Made by a program: the position numbers and the translations under genes. Below, piece after piece: positions 21,218-31,864 of a stretch of 64,000 bases of DNA; within the stretch, counting starts at the first letter, position 1, and every line of letters starts with the position of its first letter. Origin of the DNA: Pseudomonadota bacterium (GTDB taxonomy: Bacteria; Bdellovibrionota; Bdellovibrionia; Bdellovibrionales; Bdellovibrionaceae); the NCBI GenBank assembly GCA_041178425.1, contig JBEGVH010000031.1, positions 96,001 to 160,000 of the forward strand. Direction: 5' to 3'. The notes beneath the pieces were generated by a model. The model did not search any database and was not told the DNA's origin. It saw only the letters and a program-made list of their open reading frames with translations.

Positions 21218-22726
21218 ATGCGTATGAAACAGTTTAAAAAAGTTTTGATTGCTAATAGAGGAGAGATTGCCATTCGTGTCACTCGCGCCTGCCGAGAGTT
21301 AGGAATTCATTCGGTCGCGGTTTTTAGCGATGCAGATCGTGATAGCCTCCACGTATTTTTAGCCGACGAAGCCTATAACATTGGCCCTGCTCCTAGTCGT
21401 GAATCCTACTTGAACGTTGAGAAAATTCTCCAAGTCGCTAAGGAAGCTGGCGTTGATGCTATACACCCGGGTTATGGTTTTCTTTCTGAGAATTCCAAAT
21501 TTGTGGATGCGGTTACAAAAGCAGGAATGACTTTTATTGGGCCCACCGTAGAGAATATAGAATCTATGGGTGATAAGCTTTCAGCCAAGGCCTTAATGAA
21601 AAAAGCCGATGTTCCCACTGTGCCAGGTAGCGATGGTCCCGTTGAGACAATGGAAGATGCCCAAGCTGTGATTAAAAAGATTGGCTTTCCGGTGATCATC
21701 AAAGCATCGGCTGGCGGCGGGGGCAAAGGGATGAGGGTTGTACGCAAAGAGGCGGAGCTTGAAAGCGCCTTTCGTGCCTGCCGATCTGAAGGAGCGAATT
21801 ATTTCGGTGATGGAACCGTGTACATTGAACGATTTGTTACCGATCCAAAGCATATCGAAATTCAGGTGTTTGGTGATCAGCACGGTAATGTTGTTCATCT
21901 TTTTGAGAGAGAGTGTTCGGTACAGCGCCGTCACCAAAAAATTATCGAAGAGGCACCGAGCCCCTCTCTGAACCCAGAATTAAGAAAAAAAATGGGTGAA
22001 GCAGCCGTTCGTGCAGCAAAGCTCATTAACTATGTGGGTGCGGGCACTTTAGAGTTTATTTTCGACAACCAAACAAAAGAGTTTTATTTCATGGAAATGA
22101 ATACTCGTTTGCAGGTGGAGCACCCAATCACCGAACTCACGACTGGAGTCGATCTCGTGCGCGAGCAATTGATGGTGGCAATGGGGCACAAACTGAGCTT
22201 TGCACAATCAGAGATTCAACAAAAAGGTCATGCCATCGAAGTGAGAGTTTGCGCCGAAGATCCGATCACCTTTAAACCGAGTCCGGGGGTGATTCGCGCT
22301 TGTCGTCACCCTCAGGGTCCATTTTTAAGGGTTGATTCGTATATTTATCCTGGCTACGAAGTACCGATCTATTACGATCCGATGATGGCAAAAGTGATTA
22401 CTTGGGGAGAGACACGCGAAGAAGCTATTCGCCGTATGCAGCGCTCTCTTACAGAATTTATTTTAACCGGGGTTAAGTCGAATATCGTACTTCATAAAAC
22501 TATTCTAGATCATCCTCAGTTCTTAGACGGTACCTACACCACCCAATTCATAGAAAAGAATTTTCAGGTGGAAGAACCAGAATTGTTTAAGCTTGTAGAC
22601 GATCGTGTGTTCTTAATAGCGGCCGCAATTGCTGCCTATAACGATCGAAAATCGAAGGATGTTCGACAACTCAATCTTGCTAGTCATTGGAAGCGCATCG
22701 GGCGCAAGATGACGATGAGGACATAG
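21218..22726 (+). CDS. accC: Biotin carboxylase subunit of acyl-CoA carboxylase
   Basis: IANRGEIA, HPGYGFLSEN, GGGGKGMR, EMNTRLQVEH. Confidence 0.93.
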   Translation: MRMKQFKKVLIANRGEIAIRVTRACRELGIHSVAVFSDADRDSLHVFLADEAYNIGPAPSRESYLNVEKILQVAKEAGVDAIHPGYGFLSENSKFVDAVTKAGMTFIGPTVENIESMGDKLSAKALMKKADVPTVPGSDGPVETMEDAQAVIKKIGFPVIIKASAGGGGKGMRVVRKEAELESAFRACRSEGANYFGDGTVYIERFVTDPKHIEIQVFGDQHGNVVHLFERECSVQRRHQKIIEEAPSPSLNPELRKKMGEAAVRAAKLINYVGAGTLEFIFDNQTKEFYFMEMNTRLQVEHPITELTTGVDLVREQLMVAMGHKLSFAQSEIQQKGHAIEVRVCAEDPITFKPSPGVIRACRHPQGPFLRVDSYIYPGYEVPIYYDPMMAKVITWGETREEAIRRMQRSLTEFILTGVKSNIVLHKTILDHPQFLDGTYTTQFIEKNFQVEEPELFKLVDDRVFLIAAAIAAYNDRKSKDVRQLNLASHWKRIGRKMTMRT

Positions 22727-22727
22727 T

Positions 22728-23249
22728 ATGTATTTTGAATCTGAAATTAACGGAAAAAAGTTTAAAATTGACGTGGTCGAAACAAAAACGACTTGGAAGA
22801 TCTCCATTCAAGAAGAAGGAAAAGAGTGGGAGTACCACGATATCAGCAAGACGGACTTTAAGAGCGCCGAGGCTTATATCAGTTTTCTCTTTGGCGGTTC
22901 TTCCTACCTGATTGATGTTACGGGAAGCGATACCGAATACACCGTCTACACCCGAGGCTCCTATCGCTCGGTAAAGATCTTTAATGACGAAATGCTCCTT
23001 CATGAAAGTCTTAAGAATCCAGGAGGAATGGGACACGACCGTGAACTAAAAGCCGGAATGCCTGGTAAGATCATCGAGATCTTTGTAAAGCCTGGTGATC
23101 AGGTGAAGTTCAATAAGCCGCTTCTCATTATGGAAGCCATGAAAATGGAAAACGAAATGAGAGCAGCGGCTGATTGCGTAGTTAAAGAAATTTGCGTCAA
23201 ACAAGGCGACAGCATCGAGTCAGGTTCCGTTTTGATTCGATTTGAATAG
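22728..23249 (+). CDS. Biotin carboxyl carrier protein
   Basis: EAMKMENE biotinylation motif in the C-terminal domain. Confidence 0.92.
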   Translation: MYFESEINGKKFKIDVVETKTTWKISIQEEGKEWEYHDISKTDFKSAEAYISFLFGGSSYLIDVTGSDTEYTVYTRGSYRSVKIFNDEMLLHESLKNPGGMGHDRELKAGMPGKIIEIFVKPGDQVKFNKPLLIMEAMKMENEMRAAADCVVKEICVKQGDSIESGSVLIRFE

Positions 23250-23277
23250 AGCGATCGTTTAAAAAAACAATGAAAGA

Positions 23278-24027
23278 CTAATTTGTGGTGGCAGCCTTTT
23301 TCTCGAAAATTCCAACGAGAATCACTGCCACCTCGTAAAGTAGAGCCAGCGGAACCAGCATCATGAGCATGGTAATCGCATCGGGTGACGGCGTCACAAT
23401 CGCAGCAAAAATCGACATAAGCACAATAGCATAACGACGTTTATCGCGGAGAAAATCCTGCGAGACGACTCCCAGGATTCCTAAAACAACTAATACCAAT
23501 GGAAGCTCAAAGGCTAAGCCAAAACCAAGATGTATCATCATGAAAAAAGAAAGGTATTCATCGATGGTGATCATCGGTTTGTCGACAGTTCCACCAAAGG
23601 CCAATAAAAATTGAAATGTCACAGGAAGAACAGCGTAATAACAAATCATTACACCACCCAAAAAAAGCACGACTGCAGAACTAATAAATCCAAGAGCATA
23701 AAAGCGCTCTCGTTTATAGAGGCCAGGGGCGATGAAGCGCCATATTTGGTAAAACCAAAACGGGGAGGTGAGAATGGCGCCGCTAAAAATGGCTACTTTA
23801 AAGTGAGCCATAAATTTGTCCATGGGCGCAGTGAAAACCAAACCTCCGTTTTGCAAATAAGGGAGGATGGGACTTCTAATAAAATTGAAAAGGTCTTCGC
23901 TATAAAAATAACACGCGATAGAACCAACGATTATACCTATCACTGAGCGAATCAAGCTAACTCTGAGTTCAGAGAGGTGCTCCACTAAGGTTTGGTTCTT
24001 TTGGTCGATATCTTCGGCAAACCTCAT
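23278..24027 (-). CDS. tatC: Twin-arginine translocase subunit TatC
   Basis: LVEHLSELR, QIWRFIAPGL, FELP, TPSPD. Confidence 0.96.
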   Translation of the reverse strand: MRFAEDIDQKNQTLVEHLSELRVSLIRSVIGIIVGSIACYFYSEDLFNFIRSPILPYLQNGGLVFTAPMDKFMAHFKVAIFSGAILTSPFWFYQIWRFIAPGLYKRERFYALGFISSAVVLFLGGVMICYYAVLPVTFQFLLAFGGTVDKPMITIDEYLSFFMMIHLGFGLAFELPLVLVVLGILGVVSQDFLRDKRRYAIVLMSIFAAIVTPSPDAITMLMMLVPLALLYEVAVILVGIFEKKAATTN

Positions 24028-24299
24028 GTTGAATGGCCTTCATCTTTTTTTTCGGTAGTAACGGTCGTGTCGGTAGTTGGTTGGTTGGCACTGGTGAGTT
24101 TTTGCTCCTGACGGCGCGAACGGTCATCAGTATAGTGACGAGGATTAGTGATAGATCCAGTTAGGTCTTCACTCGCTCGCTTTAGCTCATTCAGGGCTCG
24201 CCCGATAGCGCTGGCAATCTCTGGCAGCTGTTTTGGGCCAATGAAAATTAGCGCTATGACGGCAATCAAAATAATTTCTGATAAACCTAGATTAAACAA
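24024..24299 (-). CDS. tatB: Twin-arginine translocase TatA/TatB subunit
   Basis: MFNLGLSE...FIGPKQLP amphipathic motif; upstream of tatC. Confidence 0.85.
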   Translation of the reverse strand: MFNLGLSEIILIAVIALIFIGPKQLPEIASAIGRALNELKRASEDLTGSITNPRHYTDDRSRRQEQKLTSANQPTTDTTVTTEKKDEGHST

Positions 24300-24401
24300 A
24301 GCTCCCCCGAATTAGTTGGGCCCCTAAGATAAAATAACTTTGAAACTATAGGCTAAAGAACTCTGAAGTGCAACTCGAGGGCTTTGAAAATAAGATATAA
24401 T

Positions 24402-25019
24402 TCAATGGCCGGAGACTTTTTTTAAGTTCGCATCGGCAGAAACAAACACGCCAACCCCCTCTAGGCGCTCTCTTGCAATCGATGATCCTGTTCTCAGGTA
24501 GGTTTCGTAGAGTCTGAGAATGCCTTGATTAGTGCCAACAAAGGTTTGGTGGCTGATAACATTAAACACCTCGACAACATCCAAAAACCTTTCTGCCAAC
24601 TCGGAGTAAGTCTCTTTGGAGGCATTCTCACCAAGAGAACTCAAAGAGTGATAAGCAGAGCTCCCCATGGAGCAATAGTAGTCAACGTCGACTAAACTCC
24701 GGTTGAGTGATTCGGCAAAAAAACCACTGATATATAAAGTCTTATCGCCGAGCTTTTTTAATAGTTCTTTTTGAGTTGCAGATTCGGCGGTTTGAGCCGT
24801 TAACCAGATCTCAGCTAATGTTTGAGGGTTCCTTTTTCCGGTTTCATCAAACTCTGGTTCATGTAAATTTCGTGCATCAACATAGAACGACAGCATTTCG
24901 GTGAGATATTTAATGACCGGTGCACTAAAAACCATACCGCGAGAATCAACGCTCGATTTAACGAGGTCTTCAAAGATGTCGTTGCCAGACTGGATAATTC
25001 GAACATCTTTAAGCGACAT
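24402..25019 (-). CDS. Conserved hypothetical protein
   Basis: Long ORF with LGDKTLYISGFF and VDVDYY..MG motifs; RBS GGAGG before ATG 25019. Confidence 0.7.
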   Translation of the reverse strand: MSLKDVRIIQSGNDIFEDLVKSSVDSRGMVFSAPVIKYLTEMLSFYVDARNLHEPEFDETGKRNPQTLAEIWLTAQTAESATQKELLKKLGDKTLYISGFFAESLNRSLVDVDYYCSMGSSAYHSLSSLGENASKETYSELAERFLDVVEVFNVISHQTFVGTNQGILRLYETYLRTGSSIARERLEGVGVFVSADANLKKVSGH

Positions 25020-25190
25020 GATACACTGGTCCTCCTTCACTGTTCTCTTACATTTTATCTCGATGGAAGAATAAATGGTTCTAAAAAATCTTTACGCCTA
25101 ACCATCAACAAATCTTATTTGAATCTAGACCATCATAAAAAGCATTTATGGTTTCATTTTGAGATGGTCCTTAGGTAGCTCTTAGTTTTA

Positions 25191-28100
25191 GTGATCGGTC
25201 ATCTCAGTTCAATTCAAAGCCTGGGCCCTCGTTTGAGCTTTTCTATGGGTCGAAGTGAGATGGCCTTTCTATTGGCGGTTAAGATTTTAAATAAGCTACG
25301 AAAACAACTTAAGAACCCTCGTGAATTGCCCGAAAAAGGAGGGTTGCAAAGCTCTTTATTTTTCATCCTTATTTTGATGAGCCTCTTGGTTTCCTGCGTG
25401 AAGAAGGGTGGGTTTTTAACTCCCTCGTGTTCTCAAGGAAACTCAAACTGCGACTTACCCTCGATGCAAGTTGAGGTCGTGGGCTCCGAGGGGGGTGGGC
25501 AGGCGCAAGTGGATAACAACGGCGACGTTGGAACAGTGGTTCTTAAGTCGGTGAGGTATGGCGAACGGTCTAGGCTAGAATTCATTTTGCAAAACCCAAA
25601 AATTATTCCCCTTCAAAAGATGAGCTTTGCTATTGTTCCGGGAGACACAGCGGCCTTTTCATTAGTAGCGTCGCCTGCCGGTAAAGATTGTCGAGACGAA
25701 GGGCTCTTATTACTCTATAAACAAAAATGCTCGGTCACCATCGAGTTCGCTCCAGGAAAAGTACCTCCCCCTCTGCAAGCTTTGACGTTTACGTTTCAGA
25801 CATTACTTGGTGACACTTTCATTTTTAGATCGAAGTTTGACCCTGCAAAGCTCCTCTCGGATTTCTATTTGTCTGAGGCTGATTTAACAATGCCCGAGGC
25901 TCCAGTGGTTGCCAATGGTGTTACTTCATCGGTCGGTAAAGACATTCTTATTGAGAACAATGGAACCGAGTCTGACCTCTCGAATATTCAGTTTTTTATC
26001 AATGGGTCTACGGAATGGAGCATAGACACCCCCACAGCGACGCCATCTTGCTCTCAAGGTGGAACCATCTCAAAAGGTGGAAGCTCTTGCTACATTCGAG
26101 TTAATTTTGCGCCCAATTCTCCTGGCTTGAAGAACGCCAGTTTGGTTATGGTGAGCGGTGATCAAGTGAGTAGAGAGTTTCCACTCCTTGGCACAGGAAG
26201 AGGGCTTGAGGCCAATATCAATGTCGTTGATTTTGGAGCCGCTGTAATTAACTCGTCATCACCACCCAATAAATCGATCACATTAACATTTCCGGAGGTC
26301 GATGGCGTTCAGTCGGCTAAGGATTGCACCTTCGATGACTCTACCGATTTGGTCGGAACTGGTTTTGCTGTCGCAAGTAATACTTGCACCACTGAGATGG
26401 GCGAAGGTTCCACATGTCAAGTGACTGTACAGTGGACTCCTAGTGCCACCGCCAAAGAACACATTGGCGAATTTTCTTGGTCATGCTCTGAACGAGGAGG
26501 CGCTGGCCGAGTACAGTTAATGGCTCGAAGCTCTGAGTCGCCCTTAGTGTCGGAGATCCTAGAGCTTGATTTTGGTGAAGTTCTTGAGGGTAGTCACAAA
26601 TCACTGAGCCTTGCCTTGAAAAATGACGGAAGAAACATTGGTGATGGAGTGGGAATCGGCACGCTGATTGACCTGAAGAGAGCAGTTAAGGGTGACACTT
26701 TTTCAGAACTGACTTCAACATGTACCGACAAGCTCCCTGTGGGGGCCAATTGCGCCACTACAATTAAGTTTGCGCCGAACTCCTCAGGATTGCAATTTGG
26801 TTCGTTTGAAGCAACTGCCGCTCAGACGGAGATGGATTATAAGGTGGCTCTTCAGGGTCAAGCGATTAAAGTTATTCCTTCGAGTGAACTTGTCGACTTC
26901 GGAACGGTCACACCCAACAGCGATCGCCCTGGTTCCATGGTGTATATTAGAAATCCTTCTTCCACCGAGACTGCATCGGGTTGTGAATTGCTTTATAGTG
27001 ATATTCTCAGTCAGAACTTCAGCCTCGATTCGAGTTCTACCTGCCTATCGAAAACGGAGCTTGCGCCGCATGAGACCTGCTCTGTGCGAGCTCGATTCAC
27101 GGCACTTAATATTTTGGGCGACCGCAATTCCGCTCTTCAATTTCGCTGTGGTGTTGGTGGATCGGCTGAGGTTCGTCTAAAGGGAACAATCGGAAACGAA
27201 ACTCGACTGATGGTGGCGCCGCCGAGCAATCATTACTTGTTAGATCATCTGGTAGGAACCACTAATCATTTAGAATTTTTAGTTCTCAATGGTCACTCGA
27301 CTGAGACCGCGACAGATCTATCGATTGTTCCCACGGGCCTCGCTAATGGCTGGTCCGTGGTGTCATCGAGTGGAGCAAATTGTTCAACGGTGAATCAATT
27401 GACACCCGGTCAGAGTTGCCGAGTGAGAATGCAGTCCTCTCCGAGCGCATCTCCGGGTGGCGAGGAGCTCGGCCCTCACTCAGGAACTCTCGCGGTAAGC
27501 GCCAATGGTGGCAACATAGATCCGCCCGATGGTACGTTTGGTTCTCTAAACAAGAAACTTACCTCAAGCTATCAAGCAGGCTACGATTTTGGAACGCTCG
27601 ATATCAACGAGACGGTTTTATCTGAGCCCATTAGCCTTTACAATCCCTCTTCGATTGATTATGCCTCGGGCTGCATTGGGCCCACGCTCACATCAACGAC
27701 TCCAGGGGCCTTTTCGATTGAGAGCACCAGTTGCAGCCCCTCTGGATTGTCACCTCTGAGCTCGTGTCGTGTTGTTGTGGCGTTTAATGGATCGGCGACT
27801 GATGCCAACATTGAGGAATTTTTAGATTACGAATGTTCCGTGGGTGGGAGAGTTCGCACATCCCTCAACGTCGCGGTTGTTCCGAAGCTAAGATATCTTT
27901 GGAGTGGCAATGGCAACTTCGGATTTTTAGATTTGAATCAACCTGCAGTGGAGCGGACGTTCACATTTACCAATAATGAAGCTTCAACCATGGAAATCAT
28001 CTCCCTTTCATTGGCCAATTCGAGCGCTTTCACAATTCTCGCAAGCGGCACCACGTGTGCGGCAGAAACTCAGCTAACGCAAGGGCAATCGTGCTCTGTT

Positions 28101-30656
28101 AAAGTAGCCTTCGGCCCCTCCGGTGAAGTTTCGTATAGCTCGAAACTCATTATTGCTGGACGACCCCTCGGCTCTTCAGCACCGACAGAGAATTACTCAA
28201 AGAATTTATTCGGAGCAGGCTCTAGCATGGCGCTAGCCCTCTCACAGGATTCTATCACGTTTGATGACCAGCTCGCTGTAAGCAGTATGAGTGAGTCAAA
28301 GCTGGTCACTGTGACTAATAATGGAAGCCGACCCACGACGCTCTCAATCTCAAATCTCGTGGCCCCGTTCTCAGTAGGCAACGGAGGCACTTGTGGTGCT
28401 GTACTTGTTGAGGGCCAATCTTGTACAGTGCAGGTGAAGATGACGGCCTCGGCTACAGGTGTTGGGCTCTATTCAGGAGTTTTGGCAGTGAGCGATCAAG
28501 AGAGCGCTAATGCCGTGACGAGTTCAACCACTTTGAGTGGCCGAATCTTGGCAGCGCCAATTCTTGTAATCAAAGATAATATCACTGATTCCGCGGCGAC
28601 AACTTTGGCGACCACCGATATCACAGGTCCCGTGGGGAATGCCCGTAATATCGTTGATCACAGCGCCAGCAAAACCGTGACTTATACGGTCACCAGCAGT
28701 GTTCCGGGATCGGGCTCGGTGGTCCTTGGCAACGTTGGAATGATACATACGTCTGGTCAGGATCAAACGATGAGTGTTTCTGCCTCTGGAAACACGTGCA
28801 ATGGAAAAACCTTGGCTGCCAACGAGTCATGCTCTTTTTCAGTTGTTTACGAGCCAACACAAGATCATGAGACGTCAAAATATTCGCTGAGTCTTTCTGG
28901 ACTAGATATCGCGGGAGACTCGGTGATGACCTCGGTCACGGAAGTCATTGGCAATTCCTATAAGTCGGCAACGCTGGCTTTTTCGCCAGCGAGCCTCGAT
29001 TTTTCTACTATTGAAAAAGGTGTTGCCGCCACAGAACAGGAAGTAACTATCACCAACAGTGGTGATTACACCGCTGATTTGGGAAGCCTTACATTTTCGG
29101 GTAGTGGAGGATCAGATTATTCCCGATCGGCAGGAACAACGGGCACCAACTGTGGTAGCACAATCGCTGCCGGTGCCACTTGCTATACAAAAATTGGAAT
29201 TACAGCGAGCACAGTTCTTGGTTATCAGAACACGGGAACGCTAAGTTATACTTACACCGTTGGTTCAAGCCAGCCCTCAAAAAGCGCGGTCTTAGGGGCA
29301 ACGGCTTTGTCTTATTTGAGGCTGTCAGCGAATGGTGTTGGATCGAGCTATTACGCAGAGGAAGGCGAAATTGCTTCGGATGAAAATCGGGTTTATATCG
29401 CAACAAGATTTTCTGACTTCACGAGCTATTCAATGCCAGTGATAACGATCTGCGAACGACATGCTGATGGATTTATAAGTGCGGATACAAGTCTCTGTAC
29501 CCAGAATTTGTTAAAGGGAAGTACTCATAATAATTTACTGGTGGGCACTCTAAATGGTTCGGGTCCTAAAATTGCCGTCAGTGGAAATTATTTAATTTTG
29601 GCAGTTAACAATCAGGATACCTACTTTGATGATAATATTTCGGATGGAGTCAATTCGAACACCGCTGGCAACTCTACGTTTATTGTCTGCAAAAAACCAG
29701 TGGGTGGTCGAATAATTGCTTTTGAAACAGATTGCGCGGTCGTACCCATCGATTTTAAAGGTGGAACAATCAGCACTGGGGCTTATCCGTCAATGGCGAT
29801 TGTTGGAAATAAAATCGCGTTGAGTAATTCTATTTCAGGAACAGGCGATAAGGGTGTTATTATTCATGTTTGTAGTTTTGATAACACCCACGCTAACTCG
29901 TCGGGAGTTATTGATAAGACTTCATGTAAGTCGGCGACCATAGATCGCGGCAGTGCTGAACGAGCCCAAATGGGAACTCTCGATTTTCAGGAAAATCAAG
30001 TGGTCGTGGCCTATTACAATCACGTCTCAGGCGAAGAGTCTTTGAATGCGGTAAGCTGTGACGTTGCATCCGACAACACTATTACCTGCGGAATCAGCAC
30101 GAACGTCAGCAGTGCGGTTCTCGATTCACCCACGAGCCCAGTAGCACCTGGAGCTTATCCCTCGATTGTAATCGATAATACAAAAATTTATTTGGCCCAC
30201 CAGCAAGGTGAAAGTAATCGCCGTTATTTGCGTTTGTCGGATTGTAGCCTCAGTGGCGCTGGCAATTTAACGATTGGGAGTTGCTCCACGCAAACGATGG
30301 CCACGAGATCAGGCAGCGAAGGGACTGGAATATACCCGCGCATCTCAAAAGTCGGTAGTGGTGCCGGTGCCAAAATATGGATTAGTTATCTTGGGGCAGC
30401 GGGAGAGTCGGTGTTTAGTAGCATTTACTCGGGTATTCGCTATTGCACCTTGCTGGCATCGGGCTCTCCGACTTGTGAAGCCTCGGCCTATTTTGAAAAT
30501 AAAAACCTATTAACTGCTAACGTAACATTTGTTTCAAGAGGGCATTATTTCGATGCGACCAAAAAAATGATTCTTATTCCTCAGGCCGTTGGCAATAATA
30601 AGAAGGTTGGAATTCTATCGATTGGTATCTTTTCTGATTTACTGCCCTCACCCTAA
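25191..30656 (+). CDS. Giant surface lipoprotein with about 11 Cys-paired Ig-like (choice-of-anchor D/ASH-like) repeats and a C-terminal propeller-like domain
   Basis: Repeated DFG...N.G...C...L..G.SC.V.V.F.P pattern; lipobox-like LLVSC near residue 69, so the true start is probably downstream of 25191. Confidence 0.75.
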   Translation: MIGHLSSIQSLGPRLSFSMGRSEMAFLLAVKILNKLRKQLKNPRELPEKGGLQSSLFFILILMSLLVSCVKKGGFLTPSCSQGNSNCDLPSMQVEVVGSEGGGQAQVDNNGDVGTVVLKSVRYGERSRLEFILQNPKIIPLQKMSFAIVPGDTAAFSLVASPAGKDCRDEGLLLLYKQKCSVTIEFAPGKVPPPLQALTFTFQTLLGDTFIFRSKFDPAKLLSDFYLSEADLTMPEAPVVANGVTSSVGKDILIENNGTESDLSNIQFFINGSTEWSIDTPTATPSCSQGGTISKGGSSCYIRVNFAPNSPGLKNASLVMVSGDQVSREFPLLGTGRGLEANINVVDFGAAVINSSSPPNKSITLTFPEVDGVQSAKDCTFDDSTDLVGTGFAVASNTCTTEMGEGSTCQVTVQWTPSATAKEHIGEFSWSCSERGGAGRVQLMARSSESPLVSEILELDFGEVLEGSHKSLSLALKNDGRNIGDGVGIGTLIDLKRAVKGDTFSELTSTCTDKLPVGANCATTIKFAPNSSGLQFGSFEATAAQTEMDYKVALQGQAIKVIPSSELVDFGTVTPNSDRPGSMVYIRNPSSTETASGCELLYSDILSQNFSLDSSSTCLSKTELAPHETCSVRARFTALNILGDRNSALQFRCGVGGSAEVRLKGTIGNETRLMVAPPSNHYLLDHLVGTTNHLEFLVLNGHSTETATDLSIVPTGLANGWSVVSSSGANCSTVNQLTPGQSCRVRMQSSPSASPGGEELGPHSGTLAVSANGGNIDPPDGTFGSLNKKLTSSYQAGYDFGTLDINETVLSEPISLYNPSSIDYASGCIGPTLTSTTPGAFSIESTSCSPSGLSPLSSCRVVVAFNGSATDANIEEFLDYECSVGGRVRTSLNVAVVPKLRYLWSGNGNFGFLDLNQPAVERTFTFTNNEASTMEIISLSLANSSAFTILASGTTCAAETQLTQGQSCSVKVAFGPSGEVSYSSKLIIAGRPLGSSAPTENYSKNLFGAGSSMALALSQDSITFDDQLAVSSMSESKLVTVTNNGSRPTTLSISNLVAPFSVGNGGTCGAVLVEGQSCTVQVKMTASATGVGLYSGVLAVSDQESANAVTSSTTLSGRILAAPILVIKDNITDSAATTLATTDITGPVGNARNIVDHSASKTVTYTVTSSVPGSGSVVLGNVGMIHTSGQDQTMSVSASGNTCNGKTLAANESCSFSVVYEPTQDHETSKYSLSLSGLDIAGDSVMTSVTEVIGNSYKSATLAFSPASLDFSTIEKGVAATEQEVTITNSGDYTADLGSLTFSGSGGSDYSRSAGTTGTNCGSTIAAGATCYTKIGITASTVLGYQNTGTLSYTYTVGSSQPSKSAVLGATALSYLRLSANGVGSSYYAEEGEIASDENRVYIATRFSDFTSYSMPVITICERHADGFISADTSLCTQNLLKGSTHNNLLVGTLNGSGPKIAVSGNYLILAVNNQDTYFDDNISDGVNSNTAGNSTFIVCKKPVGGRIIAFETDCAVVPIDFKGGTISTGAYPSMAIVGNKIALSNSISGTGDKGVIIHVCSFDNTHANSSGVIDKTSCKSATIDRGSAERAQMGTLDFQENQVVVAYYNHVSGEESLNAVSCDVASDNTITCGISTNVSSAVLDSPTSPVAPGAYPSIVIDNTKIYLAHQQGESNRRYLRLSDCSLSGAGNLTIGSCSTQTMATRSGSEGTGIYPRISKVGSGAGAKIWISYLGAAGESVFSSIYSGIRYCTLLASGSPTCEASAYFENKNLLTANVTFVSRGHYFDATKKMILIPQAVGNNKKVGILSIGIFSDLLPSP

Positions 30657-30666
30657 AACTTAAAGA

Positions 30667-31800
30667 TTATTTTAATAAAAGCTTGGATAGTTTTTCGCGC
30701 TTATCGATACCCTTATTAAGGATGATTCGGATTCCCTCTTTTTGTCCTTGAGAATAGGCGGCGCGATCGAGGGAGCGGGTGTTCGCTCTTTTGCTTACCA
30801 GGCGAGGATGACGATCTCTAATAAAGAGGCCTAAGGCAGGGTCATCGACGGAGACAAGGCTCTTGTTATTGTCAGCTGAATCTCTGGTTGAGTATCGTTG
30901 TCGTCGAGACAACGAGAGTTTCTCATTAAACCCATTGAGCAAACCTAATTGATAAGATCTTTTTAGGCCGACGGGTAGGCGACTTTTTTTTGATTCATGA
31001 AGCCAAAGCTCTTGAACTTTATTTTTAAGAAAGTGAAACACATACTCCGCCATCTTTACGTTTGCGAAGGTGCCGAAAAGCTCAATCGTTCTAACCGACA
31101 GGCAAGACCTCTGACAGAAGGTTTGGGAAAGTATAGGCTCAACAAAAAAATGCTCAGAAAGAAGAGAGCAAATGACCGAATATATTGAATGGATTTTTTG
31201 TGAGCCGAGCGGGATAACCAAAAAAGTATATTCTGCATTGGGAACTTTGTTTTTTAGTCTTTCGACATTGTATTTCTCGTACAGCTCATTAACTTTTTCC
31301 ATCGCCACTAGAGCTTCATGTTCATTGTTTGATTGAGCTAATGACAAAAGTCTTTCTGCTCTTTGGATTAACTTGTAGGCCTCACTACTGGATTCGCGTT
31401 CATCAACTTCAGGTACTGAGCCGATGGGAAGTCGACTAAAATCGAGGCTGGCTTTCGATTTTTGCAAACTTTTATGAATCCCTAGTCGTTCACAGAATCT
31501 AATAAAATTGGGTCCATGACCCTCTTCAATTCCTAATTCGTCTGTCACTAGTTGGTGCGCAATTTCGTGTTTTAAAACCTCTATAACAACCCGCCAAGAA
31601 GCCTTTTCGATAAGTTGCTTAGAGATTTTAATTTGTCTTAGCAATGGATCCCATTGGCCATAGTACGATTGTGCCGACAGCACTATAATTTGAGGCTTTT
31701 TAAGCTTTAGGCGATAGGACCAATTAATTTGGTCGTACTCCTTATGAAGCTGTTTAGTCCAGAGGTCGAACAAAAGAGTCTCGGATTTATTTTCAAACAT
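30667..31800 (-). CDS. SprT-like zinc metalloprotease domain plus DUF2786-like domain protein
   Basis: VLKHEIAHQ and HGPNF SprT-type motifs; LLSLAQSNNEHEA DUF2786-type motif. Confidence 0.75.
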   Translation of the reverse strand: MFENKSETLLFDLWTKQLHKEYDQINWSYRLKLKKPQIIVLSAQSYYGQWDPLLRQIKISKQLIEKASWRVVIEVLKHEIAHQLVTDELGIEEGHGPNFIRFCERLGIHKSLQKSKASLDFSRLPIGSVPEVDERESSSEAYKLIQRAERLLSLAQSNNEHEALVAMEKVNELYEKYNVERLKNKVPNAEYTFLVIPLGSQKIHSIYSVICSLLSEHFFVEPILSQTFCQRSCLSVRTIELFGTFANVKMAEYVFHFLKNKVQELWLHESKKSRLPVGLKRSYQLGLLNGFNEKLSLSRRQRYSTRDSADNNKSLVSVDDPALGLFIRDRHPRLVSKRANTRSLDRAAYSQGQKEGIRIILNKGIDKREKLSKLLLK

Positions 31801-31864
31801 TGGTCAGTCATAATCTCAAATTCAGTTCGAGTAAAGTCGCCAAATTGATTTTGAAATAAGGGCA

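Noticed and set aside
25151..25165. TCTCA-N-TGAGA-like palindromes (here, at 42471-42482 and near 60901) as a shared regulatory motif
   Set aside because: Spacer lengths differ and matches are few; cannot be told from chance without a genome-wide scan
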